64,000 nt of DNA from Podospora anserina (taxonomy: Eukaryota). The stretch's first letter is position 1. Each line of letters opens with the position of its first letter. Below the pieces are notes generated by a model, which was not told where the DNA came from, made no database searches, and saw only the letters and a list, made by a program, of their open reading frames with translations. The stretch is from contig CM030337.1 of NCBI GenBank assembly GCA_017654855.1, forward strand, positions 3,596,001 through 3,660,000, given 5' to 3'. Positions 24,735 to 37,149 of the stretch are shown piece after piece. Made by a program: the position numbers and the translations under genes.

Positions 24735-26496
24735 ATGGCGCCCAATTTGCTCTCCTGTGTCAACATCACCGCGCTACTATGGGGAATCCTTGACGAACTC
24801 GACATTGACGATCGGTATCACAAGCTTGAGCTGCTCCTGTAGAGCCTTACACGAGTGCTTGCTCTCCTACATGGAAGTCCGAGTCAGAAGACGATTCAAG
24901 GATGCACCTGCAGCTCTCGTTGCCGCCATGAAACTTGCCCGGCTTGCCGAATTAGAACGTAAAGAACCTCTTGAAGAGGATCCACAGGGACGCGTATTCT
25001 GGGATGGGCTTTTCTCAGAAGATGACGAGAGTCGCCGTGAGTTCGATGATTACATTCCTGCACATTAACATACCCAGAGGTCTCCGAACACATTTATTCA
25101 AGCGATAGACAATACCGGGAGTTCCAAAAATATCTCGAGCTCTTTCCCTCTCGGAAGCACAAGTTTGATGTCATCGCCGATTTGCTTCAGCCCTCCCCTG
25201 TCATGGGCTTAGATGACGTACTCAGCCGGCTCGAGCCCACGACCAAAGAGGATCAACTTCGCAGACTTCGTTTCTTGTCTGATCTCTGCCGTTGGAACCA
25301 ACAATCGACCAAGTTCATTGAGGGGTTTCTAGCGTATCAAGCTCGTGTTGCGGAGAGAGTGACTCCCCCATTCACCACTGAACAAATATACATAACACGC
25401 CGTCAATGCGAAGTACCAGCCTGGGTTCGATTGCCTGAAATACCAGATCTTCAAGAACAATCCGACTGAGGGAAACTTGTTCGCCACAAAAAACCAAAGG
25501 ATCAAGTTCTGGTCATGAAGGGGTTATACCAGCGGTGGGACCGGGCATTCTTGAGGGCGAGCGAAGCTACCGGCCCCGTCAGACGACCACTTTCGCGCAC
25601 CGAAAGGTCTCGATTCCCTTCTGGTTGCTATGCTCATTCATGAACCTATACCTCAGTTCCGACTGGCCTTGCGCCTGTTTGTTTGGGGAATACATCACTG
25701 GAGAGTTGAAGAAATGGCGACTATCTCCCATATGGTGAATGAAGAAAATGTATACCATCGCCCGCATGGTGAATGAACCAAGCTCGTGGGATGGTCTTGG
25801 AACGCTCGTCACATTGCCCCTCGACCCTGAAATCGGCCAGCAGGAAACGCCACGAACATACTACGATCCCATCGTAAGTTCATTTCGGACAGGATTTTGA
25901 TGCGTTATACCTACTGACATGAATATGCAGATATTGGCCAGCCTTCGCAAGTATAAATGTGAACGGAGCCGCCAGTGTTAAGTGTTTAAGCCGGTGTTCA
26001 GAGACTCCCGACATGTAGCGACCATCCTGCAGGAGGTTGTTGGCGTTAAGTTACCAGCAGCCACCACCCGCCCCTCCTCTGAAATCGACTTACAGTCTAG
26101 ATCAGCAATGAATCAGGACGCAGCTCAGCAACCAAATCATGCGTGGTTATGCTACGCCAACAGTTTCTTCACGATACCGGAGGTTTATCGCAAAAAAGGC
26201 GCTACCCCGTGCCAATTTTCCACGACGCAATAGTCACTTATGATAACGCGGACCATTACTGCAACATAATAGTCCGTTCTGATGCCGCGGACTATTTCCG
26301 TACTAGACATTACCGTACTTATGGATGGAGCTTGCTTGATCGTGACACAGCTGAGGCTTTATGGCTGGACCAAGAAAGCAACTATAAGGACATGGTCAAT
26401 GAGGCTTATTTTGACGGCCTCGCCCCAACAGAGTCACATGATCCCAGTGTGACCTTGATCGTGATCGGATGGCAAACTACACGTTGTAAGGAATGA
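24735..26496 (+). pseudogene. Fragmented gene of unknown function
   Basis: Successive protein-like + strand segments with stops and frameshifts, plus a canonical intron (GTAAGT ~25873 ... CTGAC ... CAG ~25930). Confidence 0.5.
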
Positions 26497-26659
26497 AGGC
26501 GTTGAGGCTGAGCATAAAACTTGGGTAGATAGGTACCTGGTTACTTAACCAAAGTTCTCTCTTTCCTCAGATAGTGCACTACAACTTTCATCAACAGTCA
26601 TATCCTGATCTTCAACATATCACTCCCATTCATCTATTCTATCTCCTCAACCCCCTTTT

Positions 26660-28392
26660 TCAAAACCCCACAAAATCCCCTAACTCCAAATTCGGCACAA
26701 TCACCGGCCTCGGCCCCTTCTTCCTCACCAAAGTCCTTTGCTCAAACGCATACGCCAAAGCCAGCAACTTCTCCTCCTCAAACATGCCGCCCAAAAAGCT
26801 GATCCCAAAAGGAATATTAGGCCCCTGCTGCACCAACCCCCTCGCGTTCCTCGTAACGTTCCATGTGGCAGGGTAATACCCCAACGGCAACGTCACAATC
26901 GGTGCCCCCTGAATCGCCGCCTTGACAGCAGCCTGACTGGTGGGTAACACCACCGCGTCAAGATCATTTCGCTCAATCGCTCCCAAAAGACCGCCCTCGC
27001 CACCCCAATAGAGGTTGCGCTGGTATTCCTCCCAGAAGCGAATGTCAGAGTTGTTGTACCCGAGCTCGAGCGCGCCGTCCCAACGGGCGGTGTCCCTGTC
27101 GGGGAAGAACTCCAGGCTGGAGTTTTGGGTGAAGTTGCGGATGTCTTCTAGGGTGTGGAGGTTGTAAGGGTTGTGCGATAGAGAATCAAGATACACTGCG
27201 AGGTCAGAGACAAAGTCTGCGCCGAGGACGATGGAGGTTGTGTTAGGGGAGGGGACAGTGAAGTTTGCGCCGACGATGGTGGCACCGGCGGATTTCATTG
27301 TGTCGATGGCGGACCAGAAGGCGGTCATCTCTACCGTGCTGGCGTTGGGGTTGAGGGTGTTGTAAGGGATGCCGATTCTTGCCCCCGAGAGGGAGCTGGC
27401 GTTGAGGGCGGAGACGTAATCCGGGATCTTGGAGTCCTCCCAGGGGATGGTGGATGTGTAGTTATCTCTGGGGTCGTGGCCGGCGATGGCTTGGAGGATG
27501 ATGGCGGCGTCTTTGACGGTGCGGGCCATGGGGCCGATGGTGTCTTGGTGGGAGGAAATGGGGATGACGAGGTAGCGGGAGGTGAGGCCGACGGTGGGCT
27601 TGATGCCGACTAGAGATCCTTTCTGGGATGGGGAGATGATTGATCCGGAGGTCTGGATGGGTGTCAGTTTCAGGATCATGTTGTGAGATTGCTGTTGTTA
27701 CAGACCTCTGTACCAAGGGTCGCAAGACAAAGACCAATGGATGCAGCAACGCCACTGCCGCTGGAACTACCGCCGGGGTCTTCGTTGGGATAGTAAGCCC
27801 CGGTTGCCTGACCACCATACGCTGACCAACCACTGGACGAGTTACTACTCCTGTAGTTGGCCCATTGACTGAGGTTGGCCTTGCCGAGGATAATGGCGCC
27901 AGCCGCACGCAGCTTCACCGCCATGGTACTGTCATGAGGAACCTTCGCGCCCACCAGTGCAAAGGAGCCAGCAGTGTTGTTCATCTTGTCCGCTGTGGCA
28001 ATGTTGTCCTTGATCAGAATGGGAATGCCATGAAGTGGACCGAGAGTGGTCCCGTTGGCACGCATAGCATCCAGCTCAGCGGCAATGTCGAGGGCATCTG
28101 GGTTCACCTCATTGACGGCTCGTAACAGAGGGTTGACCTGTTCAATGCGTGCCAAGTAGGCCTTGACCAGGTCGACACTGGTGAAGAGACCTCTTGAGAG
28201 TCCTTCCTCCAGGTCATCGATGGTGACCTCGGTGAGGCTGGGGAAAGGGACGCCCTTGACTGTGGCATTGGTCAGCTAGACATTCTTTTAACTTGAGGTC
28301 AGTTAAACAATACCTGTCGAGCAGTTCCCGATACCTGCAAACCCCAGCCAGGCCGCAGAGGCAGCAATGAGAAGTCTTGCAAGTCTTGTCAT
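26660..28392 (-). CDS. Secreted amidase-signature family enzyme (2 introns)
   Basis: Signal peptide MTRLARLLIAASAAWLGFAG; GPLHGIPILIKDNI, GGSSSGSG, GTE/TSGSII, VGIKPTVGL, GPMARTVKD. Confidence 0.9.
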
Positions 28393-29689
28393 GATGCCAG
28401 TTCCTCCTCTAGGATGTTGAGAATGAGGATGAGAATGTCTTTCTTCTGTCCGATTCAGATGTCGCGGTCCATCTTATATAGCAGTGCCCTCATCAGTATC
28501 ACGGCATTTCCTCAGCGGGACGTTACCTCATCCACACCACCGTGCTCGGATCCGGGTTCCCGGGATGCAGTCTTGCTGGTTGAATGTCGAATCTTGGACC
28601 ATATCGCGGGGGTGGCTGGCAAAGATGCCGGGTACTGCCAGATAAGAGCCAGCTAATTGATGGTTGGGAAAGCTTGGCTGATGACGACACTGCGTGTGTG
28701 ATTGGCGGATATGAAGACAGGATCGAATAGTTTTGCTGGACCTTCAGTTAGTCACGGTTATACTGTTGATTAGAGATAGCATCGTGGGGTTCAAGACCCA
28801 TGCAGCTGTTATCGGCGGGGTTTACGGCAATAGTGCCAGCGAAGAGACCGGCATTGATTATCTTGGATGTTCATCAGAAACTCCATGCTTGCAAACGTCA
28901 CCGGAAGAAGACGTCAACGAGGTTCGGACCTTTCGCTCCGGCCATTAGAACGTTCATTTATCTTGGCGTGAACCAGCCCTTTGGTACCCCTTTCCTACAG
29001 AGAGTGGAGTATGCCAAGGTTTGTTGATTTTGAGAAGAAAACCGTTACTGTGGCAACTGATCAGGGGCAAGATGCTTTCTTCAACACTATAAGAAAGCAC
29101 TAGGTGCCTTGCAGACAACCCGGAATGGAGCAAGTAAACATTGCAATTACTCTATTAGATCCCACAATGATGTTCTCAACATCCAAAAGTTTCTCCCTGC
29201 GCACTTGAAGAAATGACAAAACTTCTACCAACAACCGAACTTTAACTCTCAAAGACTGCCACGCCCTCATACAAACGAAATCCGCAAGAAAGCGGTGCAA
29301 AGAAATGAAAAAAACATCCCCTCTAGAGGAATCCAATCCGGCAGCGTCCCTCAAATCCATCCTCCATCTCCGACTCTACAACAGCCTCCATTTCCAGCTC
29401 AAACTCCGCATGATCATCTCCAGTCCTCAACATACACCTGAGCTCACCATCAAAGATCATCGACAGCATAACGTTCTTGAGCCTAATTCGGGTCACCATC
29501 CCCTCATCATCAACCAATTTCTGCCAGTCTCCATATTCCAGAGCCCTCATTGGACATCGGAAACGACACATAGGCTTGACCGTCTTGTCCATCCTCGGTG
29601 GGGAGTTGTCACAGTTACACAAGCAAACCGCGCCCGGTGATCGGTCAAGTCAACCTTCCGATGATAAACCCACGAATGCCCCGCCGACG

Positions 29690-29960
29690 CCCACAGCGAC
29701 AGGATTTCGTTTTGGGCGCTCTTTGGGATCCAGACAACCGAGATCGTATTCCCAGCGTCCCGGACAGCTGTCATAGCGTCGTACGCTTCGTAGATATATT
29801 GCTGTCCTGACTGCTGGCGTGGATTCTTCAGTGTCAACACGTCCGTTTTGTTGCTCGTTGCGAGGATGATCCTGCGGTACCGGGCTTTCCGCAATAATCT
29901 TAGCGCATGTCCGACTACCGCAAGTACTGCTAAGTACGGGTTCTATTCCGTCCCGGGGCC
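29690..29960 (-). mobile_element. Non-LTR retrotransposon (Tad1-like) RNase H fragment, RIP-affected
   Basis: LKNPRQQSGQQYIYEAYDAMTAVRDAGNTISVVWIP resembles the PRQQSGQ...V.WIP motif of fungal LINE RNase H; flanks to ~30500 are TA-rich. Confidence 0.6.
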
Positions 29961-30789
29961 CAATATCATAGCTCCTTAATCTGCAGCTCTATAATATATA
30001 ATGCATCTGCACACCGCAGGTAAACGGCTCAAGATACCAAAATTACACTTACCAAAGTCCATTCGCATTTACAGAGGCGCTCAAAAGCAAATACTATACA
30101 ATGAGTCAGCCAAAAAGTCTCGGTGCGATGAATGCAAGTTTGAACCTACAGAACTGCATTTCCATCGATACACATCAGAAACCACGCCGCAATAACCAAG
30201 ATTATACGGCCTTAGGCTCTCCTTTCCAATACCAACCGCTTATAACCTCTTATCACTCCTTAGTTCTCAAGGACAGCTCAGCTCTCTTCCCTATCAGCTC
30301 ATGGTCTCCTATACAATATTTATTTCCTAAGAAAGCTCAGACAATCATAAGCTTCCTCCTCTACTCGCCCACCATGATAGGAGCTTAAAGGTATTAGGCT
30401 CTCCCTTCCGCTATAAACTAACCAGAGGCTCCGGCAAGGTCTTTAACGCCGGCGGCGTAGTAAAGCCCTTGGATTAATACCGACGACAAGTACCCACTAT
30501 ATATAAGACGGCGCCTATGGAAACGGTCTTTAGGTCACTCGACTGGGGTGTTTTCTTGAGTTTAGTGATTTGCTCCGGGAGATAAGGCAGAATGACCCTA
30601 CGCTAGAGGAGAAAGATAGCTTGAGGGATAGGGTAAAGACAAGGTTACTGGTTTGAGTTTTGACCTAAGCTCTTCATCTTTCTGAGAAGAGAAGACAAAG
30701 GACAATCTGGGGATTGGCTTGAAACAGAAGTTGGGAAGAAGGGTCGACACCATTTGTTTGCTTAACTACTGTCCACGATCGTAATAGCG

Positions 30790-30955
30790 ATGTTACGTTC
30801 GTTACTTCCTTGGTTGGGAACTTGGTTAAGACTCTTGGGGACGCTGTCAAATTGAGACACATCATGGACGCGGAATGTGCAGTCCGGGACGGAGAACAAG
30901 ACTACAAACCCAATGGAGGTCACATTAAGTTTGTCAATGTTAGCTTCCGCCACTG
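30790..30955 (+). pseudogene. ABC transporter fragment (TMD-NBD linker)
   Basis: LVKTLGDAVKLRHIMDAECAVRDG...GGHIKFVNVSFRH resembles the G.I.F.NV.F start of an ABC nucleotide-binding domain; the rest of the gene is absent. Confidence 0.45.
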
Positions 30956-32108
30956 TGCGCGTATCGGACATTCTGCGTTGTGTTTAATTCCCCCAGTCAA
31001 TGGCAACGAAACCACGCGACTCGACCACATGTACATCTTTGTAGTCTGATGGCGGTCTGGTGAAAAGACCTCTTCCACCGCAGTCTAGCAGCGGCATGGT
31101 CTCAAGATGAGCTCCACTCTAGGAAGTCTGATTCATGCCTTCTACGATACGCCTTCCTTAACCTTAAACCCGCAACCTAGTGTAAGCCGTAAGGCTTGGG
31201 CCGACGGCTATCGCATGCTGCATCCGCGACATGTAACCTTTCACGAGGGAACCATGGGATCCATCGACAACTTTCTAGGCCCTGTCGAACTGCATTCTAG
31301 AGTCTCAGGTTTGAAAGATGGCACACTTAAATCAGACGAGGGCTTGTGGTCTTTGTCCAGCAACAGCGCCGCTGTGTAGCCCGCGTTATCACCAACCAAG
31401 CCCGTCTATCGCAAGGGTCCTGTAAGATGGAGAATACAACAATGATGATGGGCGGGCAGATACCCCCGGGAATGGACTACGATTTGGGAACGCCGAGAGC
31501 GGACGAGCAGTTAGGCGGAGGTTTGTTCTATGCGAATTGGGTTTCTCCCTCCCTTCTATCACATATCAACCCAACAACCTCACCGTCTAGAGATACTCTG
31601 GCGACGGCTATGGATACGGCGCAGGGTTGGGAGAGTTTTTCCTTTTAGCAGATCATCGTGGAAGATCGGGAGTTCAAGCTTATCGAGTTACGTACTTTCT
31701 CCAAGGGCACCAGAATCGGAAACAAGCACAAAGGAAACCGCTAGCAGGTTGCTTTTACACCCAAGTTTGGTTTGTTGAAAACACAAAGATTCTATAAAAT
31801 ATCCCTCGGCTCCTTGGTATCGCGGGCGTGCCCTCTTCGGTACGTCGTGTAAGGCGTTGATTCTGGTCGGTCGACTCGGGGTGCAAGGCCCCACAGCGGT
31901 CACCCAACAACATTCCATCATGGCGAGCACGTACAACATGGTTAATTTGAGAGCCACTTCATCCAGTCTGGAAGCAGTTTGCGAGTCAATGTGGAAGTAA
32001 AAAGGAAAACACTCTGCTTATTTCCGAAAACACAACTTCCTCCGCTTCCTCCGCTTCCTCCGCTTTCTCCAATCAACCACAGCAAGAGATCTCTGTCCGG
32101 ATCCACAA

Positions 32109-32828
32109 TTATGCTCCCATGATAGAATGAGCTGCCAATTTGCGCCTTATATTCAATATGTCCATGAAACCTTGAACATTGGCACGGTTGACGCTTTCCT
32201 CCCAGACCTTTGTGGTATCGAGCTCCACCTGCTCAAGGTCGATAACCATCACTCGCCCGCCATCTACTATGAAAAAGTTGTTGAGTTTCATATCGGTATA
32301 CTCGACTCCGTATGATGTCAGAGTAGCGAGAGCCTTCTCAAGGCCCTGTCGCAAGTCGTCTTCGGAGAGATCGTGCCGAAGCTCGAATAGGGTCTTCCCG
32401 TCGATGAATGACAAAATTAATGTCGGGGATCCATCATACACCGCTTCGCTATAGAAATGCGGAATGATGTTCCCTTGAATTAGTTTCAAGACGTTATAAG
32501 CCTGCTTCTTTTTTTCGAACTCCTCTTCCTAGTCGGCTTTTCGCTTCTTAAGGATCACTGTCGGTGGTAAAAACCACTCAGGCCAACGCGCTTTTATCTA
32601 GGGGTAAAGAGAAACGACGGGTTGAATCAGCGCGATGAGCAAAGGTGGTGGTTTAAGGTCCAAGCAGTACACAGTCCTGCGCGGATCTAGCAACTTGGCT
32701 TTCTTAGCAACGACAAGCCGGCTGCTGAGACGAAATTCCTAACAGTGTTAGCACCGATCGTAAGGCCTACGCTAGCTAGCTTACTAAAGGAGGCTCGGCA
32801 TTTTGTAGTAGTGGCTCGCCATCTCCAT
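32109..32828 (-). pseudogene. Protein-kinase-like (RIO/KdoK-like) pseudogene
   Basis: WPEWFLPPTVILKKRKAD*EEEFE..AYNVLKLIQGNIIP...GVEYTDMKLNNFFIV...VMVIDLE; two TAG stops at probable Trp positions and a frameshift in an A-run near 32510. Confidence 0.75.
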
Positions 32829-32971
32829 CCATAGTGAGAAAACTGGTTTGGCAATTTAAATGGTGAGAAACCTGCGACCTGGTTTGAAGGAAATTTTGAG
32901 AGGGTTAGGAACTAAAAATGTTTCGTGAAATCTGACGCAGACCCCCGCCAGCCTCCTGCAAGTAGCCGACA

Positions 32972-34051
32972 CTACTGCAAACAGTTTCCAGTGTCACACA
33001 CCAGCACCCCATTCGAGTAGTTACCGCCATCATCCACCCAAATCCAATATCCGTCAGTCCCCTGTCTGACAAACTGGCGTTTCCACCCATTTGGGTGAAC
33101 AAATTCGTAACGACTATGAGCCGTTTCCCATAGCGGCGTTCCTGACCACCATTCGTATGCGCGAGGTATTCCGTCAAGAGCAACGGCGAGTGGCATTCGC
33201 GTAGAATTTTGGCTTGCTAACGTTGCCGAAAGACGCGCCCAACCTCTCCAAGCCAATCGGTAGAGTGCATACTGGATCGTGCATTGATCTTCGGAAATGT
33301 AGTACCGGGGTATGACGCAGCAATCGACATGGCACGCTTCGTTTCGAATCTGGTCTCTGTTCTGGGCTCGGAATTGCCAAAGGAGGAGGTGTACCGAATC
33401 GAAGACGAAGACTTAAGGCACTGGTAATGATATACGTATCTTTTTCTCCGATAAGCCTTAAGAAATAAACTAATGAAGACCTGTCACTTACCCCCTTATC
33501 TCTCTTTGGAGTCTTTGCGTTGTAGTTGATGGGTTCCGATTCGTAGTCCATTCTTCGGGGATGATAACAGCGGGCTGCTTCAGTTCTCCTATCATCGCCG
33601 CTCTTTCAAGTAGGTGGCTTGGTCCTGGCCAGGTCAATTGGTAGTCGACCGTGACATTCGTGTTGGTTGGTCCGGTCGGCCCTGCTTGGGATCTTGGCCA
33701 CATGAATGGCTGACCAGTGAAAGCTAGACGAGAGGTAGGTTTAAAATGCTGGTGAAAATCACATTCTACGTCCCCTTCGTTTAAGATCGGTTGGGCAGCC
33801 ACATTCAGAGGATATGCTGGGTTCTGGAGACCAACATTGTCAACCTCCGAGGGCCCGCGATAGAGCCTGTCGAGGTCAGGGCCTAAAAACTCATCGATGC
33901 TTGCCTTCGTTGGCCTGTAGACAACTCGCCGATTTATTGTCTGGAATGCATGGGTCCAGGACTTCTGACTGAGACTAGGGCGAAGATCCTCAGAAAACGC
34001 AGGCTTGGTCGCATGGAAAATATCAATCAGCTGCTCTACAGTAGCGGCCAA
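32972..34051 (-). pseudogene. PD-(D/E)xK-nuclease-like fungal protein, probable pseudogene (1 intron)
   Basis: NEGDV...TVDYQL...MIGELKQP...QREIRG|YVYHYQC..VFVFDS pattern; probable start is TTG rather than ATG, with a frameshift near 33413. Confidence 0.5.
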
Positions 34052-34626
34052 TTTGAGTGGGCAAGCTGTAAGATGCAAGAGAGAATTGGAGGAGCAAGGA
34101 GACGAACGGGGACTGGCTGCTATCCTTGAAGGGTGAGGAAGACAGATAAAGTCCTCGACAGTTTCTCTTGTTCCTGGTGGTGATGTGTCACACGGGACTC
34201 AACACTGCCGACACACTGTCTGAAAACAGTCTCGTACATGACTCGGTACCGGTGGGACAGTTGGATTAAAGACGAAGCTCTATGCGAGGCGCCCGAATGA
34301 TCGATCACTTTGCATAGGCTCAATCACACCGGCTGCATCTGGAGCGGCCGCTCAAGGAGGCCGCTTCAAATGCACCGCGTACGGAACAAGGCTATTCTTA
34401 ATCCGGCATACCTTGAAATAACGTGCCGGCCTGGCGTGGCTGGGTGTTCAGAAGTCGGCCATACCGTATTCACTACTTCAACCTCAAACCCCTCCCTTTC
34501 AGACTTCTTCTCCGTCTCTTCGGCGGTATGCCGGAACCCAACATTCCGTCGTCGGGCTTTCTCTTCGACGGACAAGATCCTTCCGTGGGATCTAAAGGGA
34601 GAGAAGAGGAGAAGCCTCATTCCCCA

Positions 34627-35806
34627 TCATCTTTCTTCTACGCTACCCGGCCGACATGGCTTCCTCCCGTAGACAATAATTAAAGGGAAATATGCATGAA
34701 CATCCGGCGACTTAAATTCTTCACGGACATGAGCGCATGTGGCAATGACTGCTTCGGGGTCCCAACCCAGGCCGTGCGTAAAGAGAGCCATAGAAATCGT
34801 CTCAAGCTCAAGGGCGAGTGAACTGATTTTCCCGATTTCCTTCAGTGTCTTGTCATTCGGCCAGGAGTTGGTGGGCAAGTTTTTAACAACCACATGGATA
34901 TCCACAAAGCCCGCTTCGCTGAGCATATCCAGATACTCAGAAGCGTCTCCAATAAGAGGGCGGCCTATCTCCCTGGCCGCGCTAGCAAGTTGATTTGCCC
35001 ATGTGCGGAGGGGTGAATTGGAAATAAGTGTTCCATTATCGGACTTTGGGGTGTAGAGTATGTTGGTAACCTCGAAATAACCGCCTGGTGTAAGCTGTCT
35101 ACCATACAAACTCCATTAGCATTTATATAACCTTGGGATTCTAAGGTAACATACTTGTACGCGCTGCTTACGATGTGTCTCGGTTTCTTAAAGCACCCGG
35201 ACAACATCCGCGCATGTATAAAGTCGAAACAACCGCTCCATGTCCAATCCTCTTCAAGGTTATCAATTTGGAACTCACAGTTTGGAGGCACGAAAGTTGG
35301 CTGAAAGCGGTGCATATCAACACCAATAACGGTTGCCTCCTCGTGCATGTCAGCAAACTCTATCGCCCATGTACCATCACCGGTACCAAGGTCGAGAACG
35401 TTGCGATACTTCTCCTCGGGACAGAGCGCTATTCGATTATCATGTGCTAACCAGCACAGCTCATGTAGAACCTCCATACGCTTCTTCTCCTGATCGTCAT
35501 GAGGCCACGGATATCTGCGTGGATCGTAATACTTGGGGAAATTTTCCTCGACGGTGTCGATGTCGTTTAGAGTCACTAACTCGTCGTCGTAGAACTGTTC
35601 TCTGCTGTTAGTATTGCAGTCGACAGGGGAAAGAGAATACTTACAGACGAGCCAATAGCGGAGTCTGCATCGTCGTCTGGCTCGTGTTCACTGCGGTCAA
35701 GCTCATCGCCGCCGTTCCACAGCTGCCCGTAAACCTGGTAATTGTCAACTGGCGTTACAGTCGAATTCGGCACACTTACTAGAAAGTCTTCGAACTGGCC
35801 TGCCAT
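34627..35806 (-). CDS. LaeA-like SAM-dependent methyltransferase (2 introns)
   Basis: YPWPHDDQEKKR, VLDLGTGDGTWAIEFADMH, VPPNCEFQIDNLEEDW, FDFIHAR, L.PGGYFE, VYGRKP; intron 35099-35154 restores frame. Confidence 0.9.
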
Positions 35807-36504
35807 TGGCTTCGGAAAAGAAGGTTCAATAAGTTGCTGGCTGCCGGCGGGCGACGTGCCAGCAGTAGGCTCAACAGGAGGCTAATGTATCTAACGTCGC
35901 TTGGGCGGATTCCCTTCATTTGGAAATGATAGACCACGCTTATGAGTCTGGTTTGGAAACACCATCATGCTTGACGGCGTTATGGTCGGAATTATTTTGG
36001 AGGGGAGACGCTGTTGGCTTGACGGAGGAAAGGAGCAAGGAAGATGCAGAATGATAATCATAAAAGGAGCTAAGCAACAGAAGAAACACGCAACATATCA
36101 AATTTCCGCATGGGAGTGCTGGTGGCAAGCTCCCAATTTGGTGGGAACTTCTTCCAAGGATGTCCCCACTGACAAATTCTTTGGTCATTCCCTTTCTACA
36201 ATTTCAGCTAAGAGAAGCAATAAGCAACCAACGCTCCGGGCCTTGACTTCGATAAATTTTGTGCCGTGGTCTTGGCGATGCCTAGGCGTGGTGTTGAAGC
36301 AGATATGTGTTAGGAGTTAGCACTTAAAATGACCCAGTAGAGACGTCCACCATGATAGTTTACACGATTTCAGTGTTTAATCGGTTATGCGGGACATAAG
36401 CTGCACGCAAATTGCAGAACCCAATACGGCTAAGCTTGAATCGGAGGGTATCCTGGAGCGCAAATGCGTGTCGCTAGAGATAGTTAAGGGGATCGCAGAT
36501 TGTG

Positions 36505-36863
36505 TGTGATGAACCCCTGTACAGAACCTCTGAAAGGGATACTGGTTGAAGGTAACTTCTGACAATTGGTTCGGTGCAGCTAAACAGTGCACAACAAGAT
36601 GTCTCAATCACAACAGCTAAGATACCACGATTGTGACTTGTATTGCATACTGCGGAACTGTCTATCTACACCAGCCAGTTCCTCCGTACATATAGACCCA
36701 GTGCCAAGCCTGGCACTGTCCTGGATCGATAGACTCGACCATCGATCCTATCGATACTGTCCCTTTTGGGGTTGACTCTCCTGGATCGATCCTCGATCCT
36801 ATTGATCCTGTTCTGATTGGTCCGTGGTGCGCCCCGCGCCCCACCAAGTGTCAAGCCGTGACA
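36505..36863 (-). mobile_element. Solo LTR, family B variant (inverted relative to 13972-14346)
   Basis: 36505-~36705 is the reverse complement of ~14140-14346; TG...CA ends; flanks TTGTG/GAGAG do not match. Confidence 0.85.
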
Positions 36864-36889
36864 GAGAGTACCTAATTTACTAACGTTAC

Positions 36890-37115
36890 GTAGTAAATAA
36901 GGTAAGTATACCTTAAGTAATCCCTATATAAGATAAGAAATCCCTAAGTAATCCTTAAGTAGAATAAGTAAGCTCTAAGTAATTCCTGAGTAGGGTGAGT
37001 ATACCTTGAGTAGCTCCTGAGTAAGGTAAGTAGACCCTGAGCAAATCCTGAGCTAGGTAAGTAGACCCTAAACAAGGTGAGCAGACCCTAAGCAAACCCT
37101 GAGCAAACCATGAGC
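36890..37115 (+). repeat. Degenerate minisatellite (~31-bp unit with 11-bp GAGCAAACCCT subunits), RIP-like decay
   Basis: Variants of GAGCAAGGTGAGCAGACCCTGAGCAAACCCT with more CA>TA and TG>TA changes leftwards. Confidence 0.7.
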
Positions 37116-37149
37116 TGAGTGAGCGGACCGGAGCCGAAGATAAGCCGGT

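Noticed and set aside
32500-32610. TAG codons at Trp positions in the kinase-like gene as A-to-I repair sites
   Set aside because: The gene also has a frameshift and lies in RIP-affected DNA; TGG>TAG is the expected RIP product.
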